Assembly: GCA_965218795.1 (NCBI GenBank)
Contig: OZ244653.1
Coordinates: 2,496,001 to 2,560,000 of the forward strand
From: a bacterium
Lineage (GTDB): Bacteria > UBA8248 > JACPRG01 > G963555815
Reading direction: 5' to 3'
DNA: 64,000 bases
Part shown: positions 30,529 to 40,325 of the stretch, in pieces
Layout of the letters: every line of letters begins with the position of its first letter
How positions within the stretch are numbered: the stretch's first letter is position 1
Position numbers and translations under genes: made by a program
The notes under the pieces: generated by a model
Databases searched by the model: none
Told to the model about the DNA's origin: nothing
Seen by the model: only the letters and a program-made list of their open reading frames with translations

Positions 30529-31263
30529 ATGACGGAATTGACCGAAACCGAGCAGGGACAGGAGGTCCAAGTCCTCCGGGAGAAATTGATCCTGGCCCAC
30601 AAGATCCTGCTGGCAGCGGGTGTCCTGCAACAAAACCTGGGGCACGCAAGCATTCGTCTGCCGGGGGAGGACCGAATCCTTATCATGGGCCATCTTCACG
30701 AGGTGGGAAAAACCTTCGAGAACGCGAGAACCGACGACCTGAGCGTCATGGACCTTGACGGCAACCATATCGGAGGCGCGCTGGAGCCCCCCGGCGAGCG
30801 GTACAACCACTCCAGCATTTACAAGGTTCGGCCCGAAATCAACGCCGTCGTCCATTGTCATCCCATCATCTCCACAGCCTTCACCATTGCGAACCGCGAC
30901 ATCATTCCCGTCGGCCGGTTCGGAGGGTGCTTCCATCCGAAGGTCCCCGTCTATCCGAAATCCATTCAGGTGGAAACGCAGGAGATCGGAGATGAGATTG
31001 CCGAGGTGCTCGGGGATGCGCCCGCCGTGATGCTCAAGCATCATGGGGCCGCCTGCGTGGGGAAGACGATCGAGCAGGCCGTGGCTGTGGCCATCACATT
31101 GGAGGATACCGCGCGCTTCCTCCAGATCGCCAGCGCCCTGGGAACGCCCCAACCGCTGCCCCTGGACGAAATTGGAAGCGACAAGGCCCTCAAGCTGGAG
31201 CGCCCTTCGTTCTCTTCGAATCCCTGGATCTATTGGTCCGAACAGGTCGAAAAAGGGATATGA
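30529..31263 (+). CDS. Class II aldolase/adducin family protein
   Basis: GHASIR, PPGERYNHSSIYKVRPEINAVVHCHP, MLKHHG. Confidence 0.92.
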   Translation: MTELTETEQGQEVQVLREKLILAHKILLAAGVLQQNLGHASIRLPGEDRILIMGHLHEVGKTFENARTDDLSVMDLDGNHIGGALEPPGERYNHSSIYKVRPEINAVVHCHPIISTAFTIANRDIIPVGRFGGCFHPKVPVYPKSIQVETQEIGDEIAEVLGDAPAVMLKHHGAACVGKTIEQAVAVAITLEDTARFLQIASALGTPQPLPLDEIGSDKALKLERPSFSSNPWIYWSEQVEKGI

Positions 31264-31276
31264 CCACAATGCGCTC

Positions 31277-33565
31277 ATGAGTCGGGACAAGACGAACCTA
31301 TCGCTGATCGGCCGTCCCACGCCTGCATTGGAGGCCCCGGCCAAGGTGCAGGGACTGGCCGATTTCGTCACGGACCTCCAGCTGCCCGGGATGCTGCACG
31401 GCGCTGTCCTCCGGAGTCCCCACCCCCACGCCCGAATCGTCCGCGTAGACACCTCCAAAGCCGCCCGCGTCAACGGGGTCCGCGCGGTCATCTCAGGCCG
31501 TGACATCCCGAAAGTTCGGTGGGGGCACGACGTCCAAGACCAATCCGCTCTGGCTCTGGACCGCGTCCGTTTCGTGGGGGAGGAGGTGGCGGCCGTCGCC
31601 GCCGTCGACGAACACGCCGCCCGCGAGGCCCTGGAGAAAATCCGGGTAGAGTACGATCCCCTCCCCGCCGTGTTCACCATCGACGAGGCGATGGCCGAAG
31701 GCGCGCCTCGGCTCCAGGAAGACATCCCGGACAATATTCCGCAAGCAAAAAAGTTGCGGCGGGGTGACCCGGACGGGGGCTTCATGATGTCGGAGGCCGT
31801 TTATGAGAACGTCTTCGAGACCGCCATGCAGTATCAGGGCTACATGGAGCCTATCGGGACGGTGGCGGACGTCAGCCCTACAGGGAGGATCACGGTCTAC
31901 GCCGGGGTGCAGACCATTTTTGCGTGCAGGGAACGCGTGGCGGGCGCTTTGGGGATCCCTCTATCGCGGGTCCGGGTGATCCAACCCCACATGGGAGGGG
32001 CCTTCGGCGGGAAGTTGGTCGATGAGCCCAACGCCTCGCTGGCCGCCCTTCTCGCCCGGGCCGCGGGCCGTCCCGTCCGGCTGGTGAACAACCGGACCGA
32101 GGAGTTCCGCGCCGCCCGGCCGAGAGTGCCCATCCGCATCCGGATCCGCATGGGGGCGTCGTCGGAAGGAAAACTGCTGGCGAAAGATTCCGACATCCTG
32201 GGCGACGCCGGCGGGTACTGCGGCCGATGCATGAGGGTCCTCAACAACACCCTAGTCCGCATGGATAATTGCTACCGTATCCCGGCCGTCCAGGCCCGGG
32301 CGCGCGCGGTCTATACCAACCATCTTCCGACCGGCTCCTTTCGGGGAATGGGTAATCCCCAAATGGCCTTCGCGCACGAAGCCTGCCTCGATCACCTGGC
32401 GGATTCCTTGGGAATGGACCCGGTCGAGATCCGGATGAAGAATGCGATCCAGGAGGGAGACACATCGATTCACGGATGGAAGATCACCAGTTGCGGGCTT
32501 TCCGGCTGCATTCGCAAGGCGGCTGAAATCAGCGGGTGGAAGGAGAATCGAGGGACCCCGGACCGAAGGGATGGACCGCACAAATTACGCGGACTCGGGA
32601 TTGCGTGCGCGGTTCACGTCAGCGGAAACCGTTCGCACGGCGATTGGGACGGGGCGAATGCCGAAATCCGAATTCGGGAAGACGGCCGGGCGCATCTCGT
32701 GATTGGCGAGGGGGAGATCGGTCAGGGCGCCAATACGGTCCTTGCGATGATCGCCGCCGAAGCGATCGGCCTTCCCCTCGATCACATTGATCTTTCGCCC
32801 GCCGATACGGACCTGACGCCCCTGGGATACGGCGCCCGCGCCAGCCGTCTGACCTTCGTCGCCGGCAACGCCGTCCTCCGCGCGGCGGAGAAAGTCAAAA
32901 CCGAAATCGTCAACCTGGCGGCCGATGTCCTGGAGGCCTCACCCGAAGACCTCGAAATCCGGGACGGGAAGGTCTCTGTTTCGGGGAGCGGGGAGAAGGC
33001 GGTCACCGTCGAGACGTTGATCAAGGACTCTCTCTTCCGACCCGGCTGGGAGCCCATCGTCGCCAGTGCCACGTACGACCCCCCCTCGGCCATCCCCGAT
33101 GAGTCCAGATACGGAAATGTCTCGGGAGCCTACACCTTCACGGCCCAGATCGCCGAAGTCGAGGTCGACACCGAAACCGGATGCGTAGAAGTCCTTCGTC
33201 TCGTTGCGGCCGATGACATCGGAAGGCCCATCAATCCCCTGACGGCGGAGGGGCAGGTGGAGGGGGGCGTCATACAGGGGATGGGATGGGCGCTCTTCGA
33301 AAGGATAATCTTCGACGGGGGAGAAGTGATCAACGGAAGTCTGGGCGACTATCTCCTGCCGAAGGCGGAAGGGTCGCCGAGGGTCGAGACCGTTTTGGTC
33401 GAGACCGACGACCCCGTCGGCCCCTTTGGCGGCAAGGGAGGCTCGGAGACCCCCATCGATCCGACGGCCGCGGCCATTGCCAACGCTGTTTACCGTGCAA
33501 CCGGAGCGCGAATGACCACCCTGCCGATCACATCGGAGAAAATGTTGGGGGCTCTGAGGTCGTAA
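31277..33565 (+). CDS. Xanthine-dehydrogenase-family molybdopterin-binding large subunit (4-hydroxybenzoyl-CoA reductase alpha-like)
   Basis: LRSPHPHARI, MGGAFGGK, FRGMGNPQ, EIGQG, ASR, GQVEGG, GPFGGKGGSE. Confidence 0.93.
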   Translation: MSRDKTNLSLIGRPTPALEAPAKVQGLADFVTDLQLPGMLHGAVLRSPHPHARIVRVDTSKAARVNGVRAVISGRDIPKVRWGHDVQDQSALALDRVRFVGEEVAAVAAVDEHAAREALEKIRVEYDPLPAVFTIDEAMAEGAPRLQEDIPDNIPQAKKLRRGDPDGGFMMSEAVYENVFETAMQYQGYMEPIGTVADVSPTGRITVYAGVQTIFACRERVAGALGIPLSRVRVIQPHMGGAFGGKLVDEPNASLAALLARAAGRPVRLVNNRTEEFRAARPRVPIRIRIRMGASSEGKLLAKDSDILGDAGGYCGRCMRVLNNTLVRMDNCYRIPAVQARARAVYTNHLPTGSFRGMGNPQMAFAHEACLDHLADSLGMDPVEIRMKNAIQEGDTSIHGWKITSCGLSGCIRKAAEISGWKENRGTPDRRDGPHKLRGLGIACAVHVSGNRSHGDWDGANAEIRIREDGRAHLVIGEGEIGQGANTVLAMIAAEAIGLPLDHIDLSPADTDLTPLGYGARASRLTFVAGNAVLRAAEKVKTEIVNLAADVLEASPEDLEIRDGKVSVSGSGEKAVTVETLIKDSLFRPGWEPIVASATYDPPSAIPDESRYGNVSGAYTFTAQIAEVEVDTETGCVEVLRLVAADDIGRPINPLTAEGQVEGGVIQGMGWALFERIIFDGGEVINGSLGDYLLPKAEGSPRVETVLVETDDPVGPFGGKGGSETPIDPTAAAIANAVYRATGARMTTLPITSEKMLGALRS

Positions 33566-33769
33566 TCGCGTGAAAATCATCGGCTTGAGACGGGGCGGAG
33601 GCTTTCAAAACAGAGGCTGAGTATCCCCTTTCGCAAAGGGAACTCGAACCATCGATCTCGGCGCGTCAGCAGCCGTCGAACTATGCTATGTTGAATCGAT
33701 AAGGGAAAATTGCGCGAAATCAGCAGCCGGGAAATCCTCTGGTCATTCTGACCAGGCCGGGAAGAAGCG

Positions 33770-34762
33770 ATGGCGACGGTTTCAACCAAAGGGATGACCG
33801 AATCGGTTCTATGGCCGAGGCTTCGGGACTACTGGCTGCCCGTCGCCTTCAGCGAAGAGGTGGGCGACAAGCCCCTGCCCGTCCGACTGCTCGACGAACG
33901 CCTGGCCATCTGCCGCCTGGGCGATGAAGTTGCCGCCTTCTACGACCTGTGCATCCACCGGGGCACCCCCATCTCGCTGGGCCGGATCGAAAACGGCGAG
34001 GTCGTCTGCGCCTACCACGGCTGGTCGTACAATGCCGAAGGCCGCTGCACGCGAATCCCCTCGGTCCCCTCCGCGCACCCGATTCCCAAAAAGGCCTGCC
34101 TGACCCGGTACCGGGCGCAGGAGCGGTACGGGCTCGTGTGGGTTTTCATGGGGGAGGGGGAGCCTCGGGCGCCGATTCCCGCGTTTCCGCCCCTGGAGGA
34201 TCCGAGTTTCCACGTCATTTTTCGGGACAAACGGCATTGGGACTGCAGCGCCGCCCGGGCCATCGAAAACTTCTTCGATTTCGGACATTTCGCGTGGGTG
34301 CACGACGGAATCCTGGGAACCCGCGATCAACCGATCCCGCCTGAGGTCACGTTGGAAAGAGACGGCGAATACATCCGCTTCCAGGCCCATGAAAGACCCA
34401 ACTCCACTCACACCATTCCGCATGAGCGCAGGTACATCGTTTCCCGCCCCTTTTCGATTTACCAAAGGAAAGAGGAGCCCGACGGCAAGACGGAGGCGCT
34501 GATCTTCGTCTGTCAGCCCGTCAGCGCGGGTGAATGCTTCAGATTCATGTTTGTCGCCCGGAATTATGAAGGCGGCCCGTATGCGGGCAAAGAAAAAAAC
34601 TTTGCGCTCCAGGATTTGCTGGCTGAACAGGACCGTTTGATCGTCGAAAACCAGAGGCCCGAAGAGCTCCCGCTGGACCTTGCGGAGGAGCTTCACATCA
34701 AAGGTCCGGATGCCCTCGCGCTGGCCTACCGGAGATTCCTGGGAGATCTCGGCGTTGAGTAA
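33770..34762 (+). CDS. Rieske non-heme iron oxygenase (VanA/NdmA-like demethylase group), copy 1
   Basis: CIHRG...CAYHGW Rieske motif; ENFFDFGHFAWVH iron motif; EQDR; QRPEELPLDL; start may be the ATG at 33794. Confidence 0.94.
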   Translation: MATVSTKGMTESVLWPRLRDYWLPVAFSEEVGDKPLPVRLLDERLAICRLGDEVAAFYDLCIHRGTPISLGRIENGEVVCAYHGWSYNAEGRCTRIPSVPSAHPIPKKACLTRYRAQERYGLVWVFMGEGEPRAPIPAFPPLEDPSFHVIFRDKRHWDCSAARAIENFFDFGHFAWVHDGILGTRDQPIPPEVTLERDGEYIRFQAHERPNSTHTIPHERRYIVSRPFSIYQRKEEPDGKTEALIFVCQPVSAGECFRFMFVARNYEGGPYAGKEKNFALQDLLAEQDRLIVENQRPEELPLDLAEELHIKGPDALALAYRRFLGDLGVE

Positions 34763-35403
34763 GACCGGCTCCGTCCGTAACGACTCAAAGTAGAGGACTC
34801 CTTGATGACAACGGCCGGCACCAAAGGGATGACCGAATCGGTTCTATGGCCGAGGCTTCGGGACTACTGGCTGCCCGTCGCCTTCAGCGAAGAGGTGGGC
34901 GACAAGCCCCTGCCCGTCCGACTGCTCGACGAACGCCTGGCCATCTGCCGCCTGGGCGATGAAGTTGCCGCCTTCTACGACCTGTGCATCCACCGGGGCA
35001 CCCCCATCTCGCTGGGCCGGATCGAAAACGGCGAGGTCGTCTGCGCCTACCACGGCTGGTCGTACAATGCCGAAGGCCGCTGCACGCGAATCCCCTCGGT
35101 CCCCTCCGCGCACCCGATTCCCAAAAAGGCCTGCCTGACCCGGTACCGGGCGCAGGAGCGGTACGGGCTCGTGTGGGTTTTCATGGGGGAGGGGGAGCCT
35201 CGGGCGCCGATTCCCGCGTTTCCGCCCCTGGAGGATCCGAGTTTCCACGTCATTTTTCGGGACAAACGGCATTGGGACTGCAGCGCCGCCCGGGCCATCG
35301 AAAACTTCTTCGATTTCGGACATTTCGCGTGGGTGCACGACGGAATCCTGGGAACCCGCGATCAACCGATCCCGCCTGAGGTCACGTTGGAAAGAGACGG
35401 CGA
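33785..35403 (+). repeat. 584-bp direct repeat (33785-34368 and 34820-35403, offset 1035)
   Basis: Identical by eye from accaaagggatgacc to gaaagagacggcga; alternative-frame ORF translations across both copies are also identical. Confidence 0.95.
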
Positions 35404-35803
35404 CGAGCTCCGTTTCTCTGCCTCGAGACCGGCGAGCGAACATCATGCGGTCCACGCGGTCGATCACCGAAACAATTACCGGGTGATCCGCCCCTTCTCG
35501 ATTCATCAATGGAAGGTGGAACCGGACGGAAAAACGGAGGCTTTCTGCTACACGGTCATGCCCGTCTCGGCAGGCGAGTGCAACCGGTTTTTCATGACGG
35601 CCCGAAACTATGAGGGCGGTCCCTACGGCGGCGACCAGCACGCCGAGCTTCAGAACATCGTGGCGGAACAGGACCGCGTTATCGTTGAGAGCCAGAGGCC
35701 CGAGGAGCTGCCTTTAGACCTCACCGAGGAGCTGCACATCAAGGGACCCGACGCGCCCGCCCTCCAGTACCGAAAGATGTTGGGAGAGCTGGGCGTTGAG
35801 TAA
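34802..35803 (+). CDS. Rieske non-heme iron oxygenase, copy 2
   Basis: N-terminal ~195 aa identical to copy 1, diverged C-terminal domain; start may be the ATG at 34829. Confidence 0.94.
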   Translation: MMTTAGTKGMTESVLWPRLRDYWLPVAFSEEVGDKPLPVRLLDERLAICRLGDEVAAFYDLCIHRGTPISLGRIENGEVVCAYHGWSYNAEGRCTRIPSVPSAHPIPKKACLTRYRAQERYGLVWVFMGEGEPRAPIPAFPPLEDPSFHVIFRDKRHWDCSAARAIENFFDFGHFAWVHDGILGTRDQPIPPEVTLERDGDELRFSASRPASEHHAVHAVDHRNNYRVIRPFSIHQWKVEPDGKTEAFCYTVMPVSAGECNRFFMTARNYEGGPYGGDQHAELQNIVAEQDRVIVESQRPEELPLDLTEELHIKGPDAPALQYRKMLGELGVE

Positions 35804-35859
35804 AGCCCCGCCCACAGTCGTTTTGAGACGATCGACTCACCGAGGAAGGGACAGCGGCA

Positions 35860-37230
35860 ATGCCCTTCGATGATCCACGGGATTTTCTGGAGTATCTGGA
35901 GGAGCGGAAGGAGCTTCTACGAATCACCGATGAGGTGAACCCGGAATTCGATATCGGCGCCTACATCCGGAAGACCTCCGATCAGCAGGGACCCGCCCTG
36001 CTCTTCGAGAATGTCAAAGGGCACAATATGGTTGTCGTTGGCGGTATCTTCGCGACGCGACGGCGCGCGCTCATGGCCCTGGAAGCGCCTCGGGAGGAAA
36101 TCAACGATTTCTTCTTTGAAGGGATCATGAACCCCATCCCGCCAAGGCTGGTGGAGAGCGGACCTTGCAAAGAAGTCATTCTGAAGGGGGAGGACGTCGA
36201 TCTCGCTAACCTTCCGATCCCCATCTACGCCAAGGGAGACGGCGGGGCATTCATCACACACGGCGTCCAGATCAGCAAAGACCCCGATACGGGAACCAAG
36301 AATGCGTCCATCTACCGCATGCAGCTGCAAGGCAAGCGTCAGATGGGCGTCCTCTGTGAAGGGTACCACGACCTTTACCGCCAGTACGTCAAAGCCGAAG
36401 CGAAAGGGAGGCCCTTGGAGGTCGCCGTGGCGCTGGGAGTCGACCCGGTGGTGATGCTGGCCACGCAGGTTCGGGCAGGGTACGGTCAGGACGAAATGGA
36501 TTACGCCGGGGGGCTGAGACGCAAAGCGGTCGACCTGGTCAAATGCGAGACCGTGGATCTGGAAGTCCCCGCCGCCGCCGAGATCGTCATCGAGGGGCTG
36601 ATGATGCCTCACCATCGGGAGCCGGAGGGCCCGTTCGGCGAATACTCCGGCTACTACGGTCCGGCCCGGGAACGCCCGATTGTGGAGATCACGGCGATCA
36701 CCCACCGAAGGGATCCCATCTACCATGCGGGCCTGACGGGCGCGCCGATGACGGAAAACCATTTCCTGAAGGTCCTCCCGTATGAGATGACAATGTACAA
36801 GGATCTGAAGGCGGCCTTCCCGGGTATCCAGGCCGTCCACTACACGGCGGCGGGCTGCTGCGAGTACATGGTCTACGTCAGCATGGAGACCACCTTCCGG
36901 GGCGAGGGACGCAATGCTCTCATGGCCGTTCTCGGCCACGTTCTCCATCCGAAATACGCGGTCGTCATGGACGACGACATTGACATCTTCCAGGATGAGC
37001 AAGTGCTCTGGGCCATCGCCACGCGCGCCCAGCCCCGGGAGGACATCGTCGTCATCCCCAAGTACCCCAGCCCGGCGCTGGATCCGACGGTGCCCGAGGG
37101 GACGCTCGGATCGGCGATGGGCATCGACGCGACGCGGCCCTTTGGGGAGCCGTTCCCGGATGTCCCGGTGCATCCCGGCCTGGAGAAAATTCCCGACCTG
37201 GTCGCGATGGTCCGTGAGGGGACCGCGTAA
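35860..37230 (+). CDS. ubiD: UbiD-family prFMN-dependent (de)carboxylase, second (distant) paralog
   Basis: GPALLFENVKG, DGGAFIT, NASIYR, VPAAAEIVIEG, EGPFGEYSGYY, DDDIDI, MGIDAT. Confidence 0.94.
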   Translation: MPFDDPRDFLEYLEERKELLRITDEVNPEFDIGAYIRKTSDQQGPALLFENVKGHNMVVVGGIFATRRRALMALEAPREEINDFFFEGIMNPIPPRLVESGPCKEVILKGEDVDLANLPIPIYAKGDGGAFITHGVQISKDPDTGTKNASIYRMQLQGKRQMGVLCEGYHDLYRQYVKAEAKGRPLEVAVALGVDPVVMLATQVRAGYGQDEMDYAGGLRRKAVDLVKCETVDLEVPAAAEIVIEGLMMPHHREPEGPFGEYSGYYGPARERPIVEITAITHRRDPIYHAGLTGAPMTENHFLKVLPYEMTMYKDLKAAFPGIQAVHYTAAGCCEYMVYVSMETTFRGEGRNALMAVLGHVLHPKYAVVMDDDIDIFQDEQVLWAIATRAQPREDIVVIPKYPSPALDPTVPEGTLGSAMGIDATRPFGEPFPDVPVHPGLEKIPDLVAMVREGTA

Positions 37231-37288
37231 ACCCAACCGCATCGCAACATTTGGATTTTGATTCTTCACACGCCAAGGAGAGAACGAG

Positions 37289-38887
37289 ATGGCGGGCGCA
37301 TACGATGTGATTGTCATCGGCGCGGGGTCGAACGGCCTGACCCTGGCAAGTTACCTGGCGAAGGGGGGACAAAAAGTTCTCGTCCTCGAGCGGCTCCCTT
37401 ACCCTGGCGGGGGTGTCACCTCCCGGGAGATCATTCCTGGATTCACGACTTCCCCTCACGCCGTCAATCACAACTGGGTGCATACCGGACCCATCCGAAA
37501 GGATCTGGAGTTGGAAAAGTTCGGCTCCCAGTACATCTTCCCCGAGATCATTTACAGCCATATCTTCAGCGACGGACGAAGCCTGACCCTCTATCGGGAT
37601 CTCGAGTCGACCGTCGCCGAAATCGCAAAATTCTCGAAGAACGACGCGGCCCGATATCGCGACTGGATCCGGGAAAACGAACCAACGTTCGAATTCATCA
37701 CGCGGGCGACATACGCGCCGCCGCGGCCTTTTTCCAAACTCTTCGGATTGCTCGAAGAGACCCCGTCCGGCATGCGGGCCCTGAAGAACTGGCTCGGCAG
37801 CGTTGATGACGTAGCGGACGCCCTGTTCGAGGATGAATGCGTGAAGGTCTGGTTCATCGTCTATTGCAGCCAGACGGTCCAGGAACCCCACGCGAAAGGG
37901 ACCGGGCTGATCCCCGTCGCGCTGCTTGTCAACCAGCACCGGGCCGGCGGAAACTCTCTGTCGGTCGGGGGGTCCCAAAGCATGACGACGGCCCTCGTGG
38001 CCTGCCTCGAAGCGCACGGGGGCGAGCTCCGAACGGGTTGCCACGTCTCACGGATTCTGACGGATGGCGACCGCGCAACCGGTGTGGCCCTCTCGGACGG
38101 AACGAGGATCGAAGCCGCCCGCGCGGTCGTGAGCAACGCGGAGCCCCACCAGGTCTTTCAAGAGATGGTCGATGGAAAACACCTCCCGGAGGAGTTCAGC
38201 GACCAGATCCGCAATTTCCGGTTCGTCCACTTTACGATTTTCGGCCTTCATCTCGCCCTGGAGGAAAACCCCGTCTACCGATGCGAGGACGACGCGCCCA
38301 ACCAGGCATTCAACGCCCAGATTGGCATCGATACACAGGACGAAATCCGGAAGCACTTCTATGAGCTGAGCATCGGAGAACCGCCCGCCGAGCCCGGCTT
38401 TATGGTCCTCCACCCGACCCGCTACGATCCCTCCATCGCCCCCCCGGGCAAGCACGTCACGATCATCTGGCAATACGGCCCCTGTCATCCCCGGGGCGGG
38501 GACCAGCGTTGGGATGAGATCAAGGAGGAGTATGCGGACCTGTGCATGGGGGTCTACAAGCGGTTCACCAAGAATATGACGGACGCGTCCGTCATCGGCC
38601 GGTTGGCCTACACCCCGCTCGACATCGCCCGGGAGAACATCTCAATGGTCGGCGGAGACATGATCAGCGGTCAGACATTGCTGGACCAAGCCGGCGTCTT
38701 TCGCCCCTTCCACGGGTATCCGCCCTACCGGACGCCTGTCGATGGGCTGTACCTCTGCGGACCGAGCACCCATCCCCGAGGAGGATGTCACGGAGCCTGC
38801 GGGTACAATGCCGCCGGCGCCGTCGCCGAAGACATCGGGATGAAACCCTGGTGGGCCGGCACGGAGTATCCAATCCTGAAGAATTGA
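37289..38887 (+). CDS. Phytoene-desaturase-like FAD-dependent oxidoreductase
   Basis: YDVIVIGAGSNGL, VLER, GGSQSMT.AL, YTPLD, YRTPVDGLYLCGPSTHPRGG. Confidence 0.9.
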   Translation: MAGAYDVIVIGAGSNGLTLASYLAKGGQKVLVLERLPYPGGGVTSREIIPGFTTSPHAVNHNWVHTGPIRKDLELEKFGSQYIFPEIIYSHIFSDGRSLTLYRDLESTVAEIAKFSKNDAARYRDWIRENEPTFEFITRATYAPPRPFSKLFGLLEETPSGMRALKNWLGSVDDVADALFEDECVKVWFIVYCSQTVQEPHAKGTGLIPVALLVNQHRAGGNSLSVGGSQSMTTALVACLEAHGGELRTGCHVSRILTDGDRATGVALSDGTRIEAARAVVSNAEPHQVFQEMVDGKHLPEEFSDQIRNFRFVHFTIFGLHLALEENPVYRCEDDAPNQAFNAQIGIDTQDEIRKHFYELSIGEPPAEPGFMVLHPTRYDPSIAPPGKHVTIIWQYGPCHPRGGDQRWDEIKEEYADLCMGVYKRFTKNMTDASVIGRLAYTPLDIARENISMVGGDMISGQTLLDQAGVFRPFHGYPPYRTPVDGLYLCGPSTHPRGGCHGACGYNAAGAVAEDIGMKPWWAGTEYPILKN

Positions 38888-38903
38888 ACGAAGGAGGGTA
38901 CGG

Positions 38904-39641
38904 GTGGCATCGATTCAACCCTTCGAGATCCGGGTCAACGGCAATCCGGTTCCCGCGTATCTCGCCATGCCCGCCGAGGAAGGCCCCCACCCGGGCTTAA
39001 TCGTCATGTCGGAGATTTTCGGCGTCAACGAAAACCTCAAGAATGTCTGCATGAGACTGGCGGACCAGGGGTACGCGGCGGCGACGGTCGATCATTTCCA
39101 TCGTGAGGAAGAGTCCACCTCGCCCTTCGACCGACCGGAAATCGGGCTGGAGAAGCGTTCCAGGCTGAAGGACGTCGAGCTCATCGCGGAGATGCGCACC
39201 GCGGTCGATGATCTAAAAACCCTCGATGCCGTCAACGCCGATCGCATCGGCTCGCTCGGGTTCTGTCTGGGAGGACGCCTATCCTATCTGGCGGCCTGCA
39301 CGATTCCGGACCTGGCCGCCTGTGTGGTCTTCTATGGAGGGGGGATCGTCAATGACAGTCCAACGGAGAACATGCCGGTGCCCCCGGTCGAGATGACCGC
39401 GAACATCCGGTGCCCCGTGCTCGCCCATTATGCGGAAGAGGACCATACGGTCCCGCAGGAACACCTGGAACGAATCCGACAGGCCCTCAAGGACCACGGC
39501 AAAGAGCACGAGGTCATTCAGTACCCAGGCACCATCCACGGCTTCGCCAACGACAGCAAGCCGGACTCCTACGAGCCCGTGTCAGCCAAGCTGGCCTGGG
39601 AACGTACGCACGCATTTCTTGAAAACCACCTGAAGGCTTAA
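38904..39641 (+). CDS. Dienelactone hydrolase family protein
   Basis: EIFGVN, GFCLGG (Cys nucleophile), FYG, EED, YPGTIHGF, AWERT. Confidence 0.94.
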   Translation: MASIQPFEIRVNGNPVPAYLAMPAEEGPHPGLIVMSEIFGVNENLKNVCMRLADQGYAAATVDHFHREEESTSPFDRPEIGLEKRSRLKDVELIAEMRTAVDDLKTLDAVNADRIGSLGFCLGGRLSYLAACTIPDLAACVVFYGGGIVNDSPTENMPVPPVEMTANIRCPVLAHYAEEDHTVPQEHLERIRQALKDHGKEHEVIQYPGTIHGFANDSKPDSYEPVSAKLAWERTHAFLENHLKA

Positions 39642-39675
39642 AAGAACGATTGTGAGGCTCCTGCTTTGGTCCCCA

Positions 39676-39824
39676 TGTCATTTCTGAGCGAGGGGTCAAC
39701 GACTCGAGGTCATCGATCCTGGCGAAGAATCTTCTTCAACTCGGGGGGCATCCTCCAAAGCCGATGATTTTCGCGCTTGAGCGAATTCCGAACGAGGGTC
39801 GCTCACTCCTGTTCGGGATGACAG
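39676..39824. repeat. Degenerate REP-like palindromic elements
   Basis: tgtcatttctgagcga...gcgaagaatct followed by an inverted ...cgggatgaca end. Confidence 0.4.
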
Positions 39825-39913
39825 CGCTTTCGGTCCGTCTTTTGGGCATAACCCCATGCCAACGGAGTCCTTCCGCAGCCTTCCATGGACGGATCAGCCC
39901 GCCCGTGTCTTGG

Positions 39914-40015
39914 TTGAGCGTATTGGAGCTGGTCCAGGAACTGGGCAACGTCGCCGAGGCGTGTCGTCGGCGGGGCATGGGCCGCACGAGTTTCTACGAG
40001 TGGAAGCGGCGCTTT
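39914..40015 (+). mobile_element. IS481-like transposase N-terminal HTH remnant
   Basis: LSVLELVQELGNVAEACRRRGMGRTSFYEWKRRF. Confidence 0.8.
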
Positions 40016-40149
40016 ATCCAGTCGGTCTCAATTGCGTTGTTAGGCAGACTTCCGTTTACGAAACAGCCTCCTGAGCCCTTGAATCGCACCCACTATTAGA
40101 GCCAACCCCCCCCCTACAATTGCTCCTGCTAAACCTTTGTCGATCACTC

Positions 40150-40325
40150 TATTCCAGTCAAGAATCCCTTCGAATCGATCTCCTTGCGGTTGCTGTTGCG
40201 CCTGTGGGGATGTGGGCAAGGCGCGGAGCGGCTTGTCCATCATATCCACAGGCGACTCGCCGCGGTAGGCCTCGACCGGGGGTTTTCCGCCGAGCGCCGA
40301 GTGCGGCCTTTCGGTATGGTTCGGG
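40150..40325 (-). mobile_element. IS3-like transposase C-terminal remnant
   Basis: NHTERPHSALGGKPPVEAY, the end of an integrase core. Confidence 0.7.

Noticed and set aside
33631-33646. cccttt-cgc-aaaggg hairpin upstream of Rieske copy 1 as a riboswitch
   Set aside because: A single short stem with no other conserved aptamer elements
33785-35403. Diversity-generating retroelement (TR/VR) explanation for the Rieske repeat
   Set aside because: No reverse transcriptase in the window, no adenine-specific mismatches, and the repeat covers the conserved rather than the variable part
28858-37230. Ubiquinone or menaquinone biosynthesis role for the UbiD genes
   Set aside because: No ubiA, ubiX or mqn neighbours; the context is catabolic
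37289-38887. Carotenoid biosynthesis (crtI)
   Set aside because: No crtB/crtE context; the family includes many non-carotenoid oxidoreductases
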